Virus record (IMG/VR): IMGVR_UViG_2585427776_000012
Direction: 5' to 3' (one strand)
Source of the DNA: a virus
Taxonomy: Duplodnaviria > Heunggongvirae > Uroviricota > Caudoviricetes
Length of the DNA stretch: 21,926 bases
Shown here: positions 16,983-21,926 of the stretch, one piece after another
How the letters are laid out: each line of letters begins with the position of its first letter
Numbering within the stretch: the stretch's first letter is position 1
Program-made: the position numbers and the translations under genes
Notes under the pieces: generated by a model
Told to the model about the DNA's origin: nothing
What the model saw: the letters and a program-made list of their open reading frames with translations, nothing else
Databases searched by the model: none

Positions 16983-17217
16983 TGCTCACAATTCAGTAAG
17001 TTGACAGTTGCCTGTCAGACTGGGCATTTGTTAAAAAAATTTCGCATGGTGAATCCCCCTGAGCGGAGGGGCGACTGGTGACGGTATAATCTCTGATTAT
17101 CAAAACGAGAATGACGCGGGTTTAGTGGCACCGGGCTGAACTCACCGGGAGGCACCCGGCACCATGTGCATGATGATACAGATACGCGGCTTTAGCCCCT
17201 CTCCGGAGGGGCTTTCT
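16983..17217 (+). repeat. Structured non-coding element, copy 2 (paralog of 16514-16732)
   Basis: Same conserved blocks as copy 1, TATAAT at 17085-17090, terminator AGCCCCTCTCCGGAGGGGCTTT at 17193-17214. A further GCCCGCG...CGCGGGC hairpin follows at 17232-17257. Confidence 0.55.
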
Positions 17218-17446
17218 TATGGACAAAAAAAGCCCGCGCTGGGAGACGCGGGCGGCAAGGAATAAACAATAAAACGTGAAGTAATATTTCAGCTGGCGAA
17301 TAATACCCCATAGTAATCACTCTGCGCAACTGCGCGGTCTTTTTCGAATTGCGGGCTGTAGTCTCCCTTCTGCCATTGTCCTGTAACTTCCGGACTTCAG
17401 CCTGCTCCTTATCTGACTCACAACATTATCCCGCCCGGGAGGATTC

Positions 17447-17707
17447 ATGGCATTTAAACACTATGACGTGGTCAGGGCGGCATCGCCGTCAGACCTTGCG
17501 AAACGACTGACACAAAAACTGAAGGAGGGCTGGCAGCCGTTTGGTAGTCCGGTGGCCATAACCCCTTATACCCTGATGCAGGCGATTGCAGCAGAAGGTG
17601 ATGTGGTCGTCAGTGGTGCAACTGAGCCGGAGTGGTACTACGTCATCGTACTGGCCGGGCATCCGGTGTGGAGGTGGACAAGGTTGCAGAGGCTTTCGGA
17701 AAACTGA
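17447..17707 (+). CDS. Hypothetical protein (86 aa), probably 3'-truncated at a deletion junction
   Basis: Strong RBS GGGAGGA before the ATG at 17447. The ORF runs into the out-of-frame start of H-homologous sequence, so its C-terminus is probably not native. Confidence 0.5.
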   Translation: MAFKHYDVVRAASPSDLAKRLTQKLKEGWQPFGSPVAITPYTLMQAIAAEGDVVVSGATEPEWYYVIVLAGHPVWRWTRLQRLSEN

Positions 17708-19578
17708 CCACTGACCCGACGTCGGGGCTGATTGCGATGGCGAAGCAGTTCCATAACGTGACGGCGGAGCAGATTGCGTATGTTGCTCAGTTGCAGCGTT
17801 CCGGCGATGAAACCGGGGCATTGCAGGCGGCGAACGAGGCCGCAACGAAAGGGTTTGATGACCAGACCCGCCGCCTGAAAGAGAACATGGGCACGCTGGA
17901 GACCTGGGCAGACAGGACAGCGCGGGCATTCAAATCCATGTGGGATGCGGTGCTGGATATTGGTCGTCCTGATACCGCGCAGGAGATGCTGATTAAGGCA
18001 GAGGCTGCGTTTAAGAAAGCAGACGACATCTGGAATCTGCGCAAGGATGATTATTTTGTTAACGATGAAGCGCGGGCGCGTTACTGGGATGATCGTGAAA
18101 AGGCCCGTCTTGCGCTTGAAGCCGCCCGAAAGAAGGCTGAGCAGCAGACTCAACAGGACAAAAATGCGCAGCAGCAGAGCGATACCGAAGCGTCACGGCT
18201 GAAATATACCGAAGAGGCGCAGAAGGCTTACGAACGGCTGCAGACGCCGCTGGAGAAATATACCGCCCGTCAGGAAGAACTGAACAAGGCACTGAAAGAC
18301 GGGAAAATCCTGCAGGCGGATTACAACACGCTGATGGCGGCGGCGAAAAAGGATTATGAAGCGACGCTGAAAAAGCCGAAACAGTCCGGCGTGAAGGTGT
18401 CTGCGGGCGATCGTCAGGAAGACAGTGCTCATGCTGCCCTGCTGACGCTTCAGGCAGAACTCCGGACGCTGGAGAAGCATGCCGGAGCGAATGAGAAAAT
18501 CAGCCAGCAGCGCCGGGATTTGTGGAAGGCGGAGAGTCAGTTCGCGGTACTGGAGGAGGCGGCGCAACGTCGCCAGCTGTCTGCACAGGAGAAATCCCTG
18601 CTGGCGCATAAAGATGAGACGCTGGAGTACAAACGCCAGCTGGCTGCACTTGGCGACAAGGTTACGTATCAGGAGCGCCTGAACGCGCTGGCGCAGCAGG
18701 CGGATAAATTCGCACAGCAGCAACGGGCAAAACGGGCCGCCATTGATGCGAAAAGCCGGGGGCTGACTGACCGGCAGGCAGAACGGGAAGCCACGGAACA
18801 GCGCCTGAAGGAACAGTATGGCGATAATCCGCTGGCGCTGAATAACGTCATGTCAGAGCAGAAAAAGACCTGGGCGGCTGAAGACCTGCTTCGCGGGAAC
18901 TGGATGGCAGGCCTCAGGTCCGGCTGGAGTGAGTGGGAAGAGAGTGCCACGGACAGTATGTCGCAGGTTAAAAACGCGGCCACGCAGACCTTTGATGGTA
19001 TTGCACAGAATATGGCGGCGATGCTGACCGGCAGTGAACAGAACTGGCGCAGCTTCACCCGTTCCGTGCTGTCCATGATGACAGAAATTCTGCTTAAGCA
19101 GGCAATGGTGGGGATTGTCGGGAGTATCGGCAGCGCTATTGGCGGGGCTGTTGGTGGCGGCGCATCCGCGTCAGGCGGTACAGCCATTCAGGCCGCTGCG
19201 GCGAAATTCCATTTTGCAACCGGAGGATTTACGGGAACCGGCGGCAAATATGAGCCAGCGGGGATTGTCCACCGCGGGGAGTTTGTCTTCACGAAGGAGG
19301 CAACCAGCCGGATTGGTGTCGGGAACCTGTACCGCCTGATGCGGGGCTATGCGGAAGGGGGGTATGTGGGTGCTGCCGGAAGTCCGGCGCAGATGCGGCG
19401 GGCCGAAGGCATTAATTTTAATCAGAACAATCACGTGGTGATTCAGAACGACGGTATCAACGGACAGGCCGGGCCGCAGCTGATGAAAGCGGTGTATGAG
19501 ATGGCCCGTAAAGGTGCGCAGGATGAGCTCCGGCTGCAGTTGCGTGATGGCGGTCTGTTATCGGGGAGCGGGCGATGA
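17660..19578 (+). pseudogene. Tail tape-measure protein H, 5'-truncated fragment (C-terminal ~640 codons)
   Basis: No start codon or RBS at the 5' end of the homology. C-terminal region FHFATGGFTGTGGKYEPAGIVHRGEFVFTKEATSRIGVGNLYRLMRGYAEGGYVG...NNHVVIQNDG...LRDGGLLSGSGR is lambda-H-like as recalled. Confidence 0.8.
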
Positions 19579-19904
19579 AAACATTTCGCTGGAAAGTGAA
19601 GCCGGATATGGAGGTGAACTCGCAGCCATCGGTGCGTGAAGTGCGTTTTGGTGACGGGTACTCACAGCGTATGGCGGCAGGGCTGAATGCTGACCTGAAA
19701 ACATACAGGGTGACGCTTTCCGTGACCCGGGAGGAGGCCCGGCATCTGGAAGCGTTCCTGGCAGAGCACGGTGGCTGGAAGGCATTTTTGTGGAAGCCAC
19801 CCTATGCATACCGGCAGATAAAGGTGACCTGTGCCGGGTGGTCTGCGCGGGTCGGGATGTTGCGCGTTGAGTTCAGCGCGGAGTTTAAGCAGGTGGTGAA
19901 CTGA
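19575..19904 (+). CDS. Minor tail protein M
   Basis: 109 aa; MKTFRWKVKP...VRFGDGYSQR...LRVEFSAEFKQVVN is close to lambda gpM as recalled. Start overlaps the H stop. Confidence 0.9.
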   Translation: MKTFRWKVKPDMEVNSQPSVREVRFGDGYSQRMAAGLNADLKTYRVTLSVTREEARHLEAFLAEHGGWKAFLWKPPYAYRQIKVTCAGWSARVGMLRVEFSAEFKQVVN

Positions 19905-20641
19905 TGCAGGATATTCACGAAGAAAGTCTGAACGAGTCGGTTAAGTCAGAGCAGTCACCGCGGGTGGTACTCTGGGAAATCGACCTGACGGTGCAGGGCG
20001 GTGAGCGGTATTTTTTCTGCAATGAGCTGAATGAAAAAGGGGAGCCGGTGACCTGGCAGGGGCGTGAATATCAGGCGTACCCGATTGAGGGGAGTGGCTT
20101 TGAGATGAACGGGAAGGGCAGCAGTGCCAGACCATCGCTGACGGTGTCCAATCTGTTTGGTCTGGTCACCGGGATGGCGGAAGACCTGCAGAGTCTGGTG
20201 GGGGCCACGGTGGTCCGCCGCCGGGTGTATGCCCGTTTTCTGGATGCGGTGAATTTCGTTGCGGGCAATCCGGAGGCGGACCCGGAGCAGGAGCTGAGTG
20301 ACCGCTGGGTGGTGGAGCAGATGTCGCAGCTGACAGCCATGACGGCCTCGTTTGTGCTGGCCACACCGACCGAGACGGACGGGGCGCTGTTTCCCGGTCG
20401 TATCATGCTGGCGAACACCTGTATGTGGACCTACCGCTCTGATGAGTGTGGTTACACGGGCGGGGCTGTGGCGGATGAGTTCGATAAACCCACCACGGAT
20501 ATCCGTAAGGACAGATGCAGCAAGTGCATGCGCGGGTGTGAACTGCGCAGGAATGTCGGCAATTACGTCCGTTACCGGAAAATGTTACCTGGTTATCGCC
20601 GGAAGGGGAGTTTCAGAAGTGGAACGGCACAGCCTGGGTGA
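19904..20641 (+). CDS. Minor tail protein L (C-terminal ~25 aa replaced by out-of-frame tfa-derived sequence)
   Basis: 245 aa; strong similarity to lambda gpL through ...[16 protein letters not shown], after which the sequence diverges (recombination junction about 20565-20578). Confidence 0.8.
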   Translation: MQDIHEESLNESVKSEQSPRVVLWEIDLTVQGGERYFFCNELNEKGEPVTWQGREYQAYPIEGSGFEMNGKGSSARPSLTVSNLFGLVTGMAEDLQSLVGATVVRRRVYARFLDAVNFVAGNPEADPEQELSDRWVVEQMSQLTAMTASFVLATPTETDGALFPGRIMLANTCMWTYRSDECGYTGGAVADEFDKPTTDIRKDRCSKCMRGCELRRNVGNYVRYRKMLPGYRRKGSFRSGTAQPG

Positions 20642-20880
20642 AGGATACGGAAGCAGAAAAACTGTTCCGGATCCGGGAGGCGGAAGAAACAAAAAACAAC
20701 CTGATGCAGGTAGCCAGTGAGCATATTGCGCCGCTTCAGGATGCTGCAGATCTGGAAATTGCAACGGAGGAAGAAACCTCATTGCTGGAAGCCTGGAAAA
20801 AGTATCGGGTGTTGCTGAACCGTGTTGATACATCAACTGCACCTGATATTGAGTGGCCTACGAACCCTGTCAGGGAGTAA
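20578..20880 (+). pseudogene. Tail fibre assembly protein (Tfa) 3' fragment fused out of frame to the end of L
   Basis: Frame-1 translation [94 protein letters not shown] is the typical Tfa C-terminal region. No N-terminus or own start; the K, I, J and stf genes are absent. Confidence 0.75.
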
Positions 20881-20893
20881 TCATTGGGATTAT

Positions 20894-20945
20894 GCCGCAG
20901 CACGTCTTAAGCAAGAACGTGCTGCGGTTGGATGCTATTTTTTCC
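20894..20945. terminator. Bidirectional terminator hairpin between the convergent tfa fragment and methyltransferase gene
   Basis: 10-bp inverted repeat CCGCAGCACG ... CGTGCTGCGG followed by a T-run (GCTATTTTTTCC). Confidence 0.6.
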
Positions 20946-21600
20946 CTGAAGCGGAAAACATTACTACAGTACCTTGAACCTTGGTTTTAACATTCTCGAA
21001 ATGCTCTGAGAGTATATGTGTTAAGCCTTCTTCGGAATCTTTTGTGTTTGAAAAGATGCCTTTCTGATTGTAAATGCGCATCAGTTTTTGACCGAAGCTA
21101 TTGTGCACAACTCCATCGCCAAGAATTGTGGCTCCGTATAGAGTTCCATCGTCAGTTAAGGCCTGCGCCGCATTGCGTATTACACAGCTTTTTGTAGATA
21201 TATTTCCAGGCAGGCAGTGAAGAAGGTAAAACATGGAAATGGAATCAAATTGACCATGTAACGCCGCGGGATAAGGTTCAAAAACATCATGGCTAATTTT
21301 ATGTTTAATTTTTGATTCCCCAGCCCTTGTAGATGCCGCGTTCAGGCTAGCTTCGTTCAAATCCATTAAAGATATCAGACTACTCTCAGGTACGTGAGTA
21401 AGGTAAAACCCAGTTCCAACACCAATATCCAGATGGTTGTTACCTACATGTTCCAGAAAGTGTGGAAGAAGGTGTTCCTTTGTAGGACATCCCCATGCAA
21501 GCCGATTTGATACTCCCAAAACCCACCAGTCATAAAGCTTTAGGGTAAGTGGTGTGTAAATTTTAGCCCCATCATCTGTGTTTTTTTTCATTGATTTCAC
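20935..21600 (-). CDS. AT-rich cargo gene: class I (Rossmann-fold) SAM-dependent methyltransferase, substrate unknown
   Basis: 221 aa. Motif I HLDIGVGTGFYL (GxGxG-type SAM-binding loop) and acidic beta-2 end (LMDLNEASL). Low GC, opposite strand, flanked by tfa-derived direct repeats. Confidence 0.7.
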   Translation of the reverse strand: MKSMKKNTDDGAKIYTPLTLKLYDWWVLGVSNRLAWGCPTKEHLLPHFLEHVGNNHLDIGVGTGFYLTHVPESSLISLMDLNEASLNAASTRAGESKIKHKISHDVFEPYPAALHGQFDSISMFYLLHCLPGNISTKSCVIRNAAQALTDDGTLYGATILGDGVVHNSFGQKLMRIYNQKGIFSNTKDSEEGLTHILSEHFENVKTKVQGTVVMFSASGKK

Positions 21601-21659
21601 TATGTTATAGTTTTATTTGTGAATTAAATCAATTATGGCGATGAATTACAAGGGGTTAA

Positions 21660-21926
21660 ATGCTGCCGCAGCATAGCGATATTGAAATAGCCTGGTATGC
21701 TTCGATACAGCAGGAGCCGAATGACTGGAAGACCGTCACCACACAGTTCCACATCCAGGAATTCAGTGAGTATATTGCGCCACTGCAGGATGCTGTAGAT
21801 CTGGAAATCGCAACGGCGGAAGAAAGATCGTTGCTGGAGGCATGGAATAAATATCGGGTATTGTTGAATCGTGTTGATACATCAACTGCACCTGATATTG
21901 AGTGGCCGACTTCACCTGCAGAGTAA
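21660..21926 (+). CDS. Tail fibre assembly protein C-terminal-domain ORF (88 aa; possibly a remnant)
   Basis: AAGGGG RBS before the ATG at 21660. C-terminal 50 aa nearly identical to the tfa fragment at 20730-20880 ([44 protein letters not shown]). Confidence 0.55.
   Translation: MLPQHSDIEIAWYASIQQEPNDWKTVTTQFHIQEFSEYIAPLQDAVDLEIATAEERSLLEAWNKYRVLLNRVDTSTAPDIEWPTSPAE

Noticed and set aside
16514-17217. Retron (msr/msd) interpretation of the duplicated elements, prompted by the CATGGTG/CACCATG flanking complement
   Set aside because: No reverse-transcriptase gene nearby and no conserved msr/msd features; a structured sRNA or regulatory element is more parsimonious.
16472-17446. Shiga-toxin (stxAB) genes expected downstream of the methyltransferase and tRNA cluster
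   Set aside because: No ORF of suitable size or A/B-subunit arrangement exists in this interval; only short non-coding units are present.
17638-19187. Several long minus-strand ORFs (171, 176 and 172 aa) inside the tail tape-measure gene
   Set aside because: Antisense to the strongly supported H coding frame; their Arg/Leu- or Ala/Ser-rich translations are typical of reverse-frame artefacts.
1-21926. CRISPR array or cas genes
   Set aside because: No regularly spaced short direct repeats with unique spacers were seen; the repeats present are iterons, tandem coding repeats and paralogous ncRNA-like elements.

Overview
The window reads as a defective, mosaic lambdoid prophage of an Escherichia/Shigella-type genome (about 50% GC), annotated by eye without any database search. 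Left to right: integrase and excisionase (minus strand), a large exonuclease, several small early-left genes, a cI-like repressor and divergent Cro/YdaS-like and YdaT-like regulators, a YdaU-like replication gene with internal iterons, an AT-rich two-gene cargo cassette, a hok/mok-type toxin locus, then a YdfU-like protein, RusA and antiterminator Q with a pR'/tR'-like unit. After Q come a small HTH protein, an orphan DNA methyltransferase and three tRNA genes, as in Stx phages, but no stx genes; that position instead holds duplicated structured non-coding elements. The late region is deleted: a hypothetical gene fuses to a 5'-truncated tail tape-measure gene (H), followed by M and L, then two tail-fibre-assembly (tfa) 3' fragments flanking an AT-rich SAM-methyltransferase gene. 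The best candidate for an undescribed system is the AT-rich pair at 9043-11082, a putative HEPN-motif protein plus a GNAT-domain protein, sitting at the moron position between the replication and nin/hok modules.
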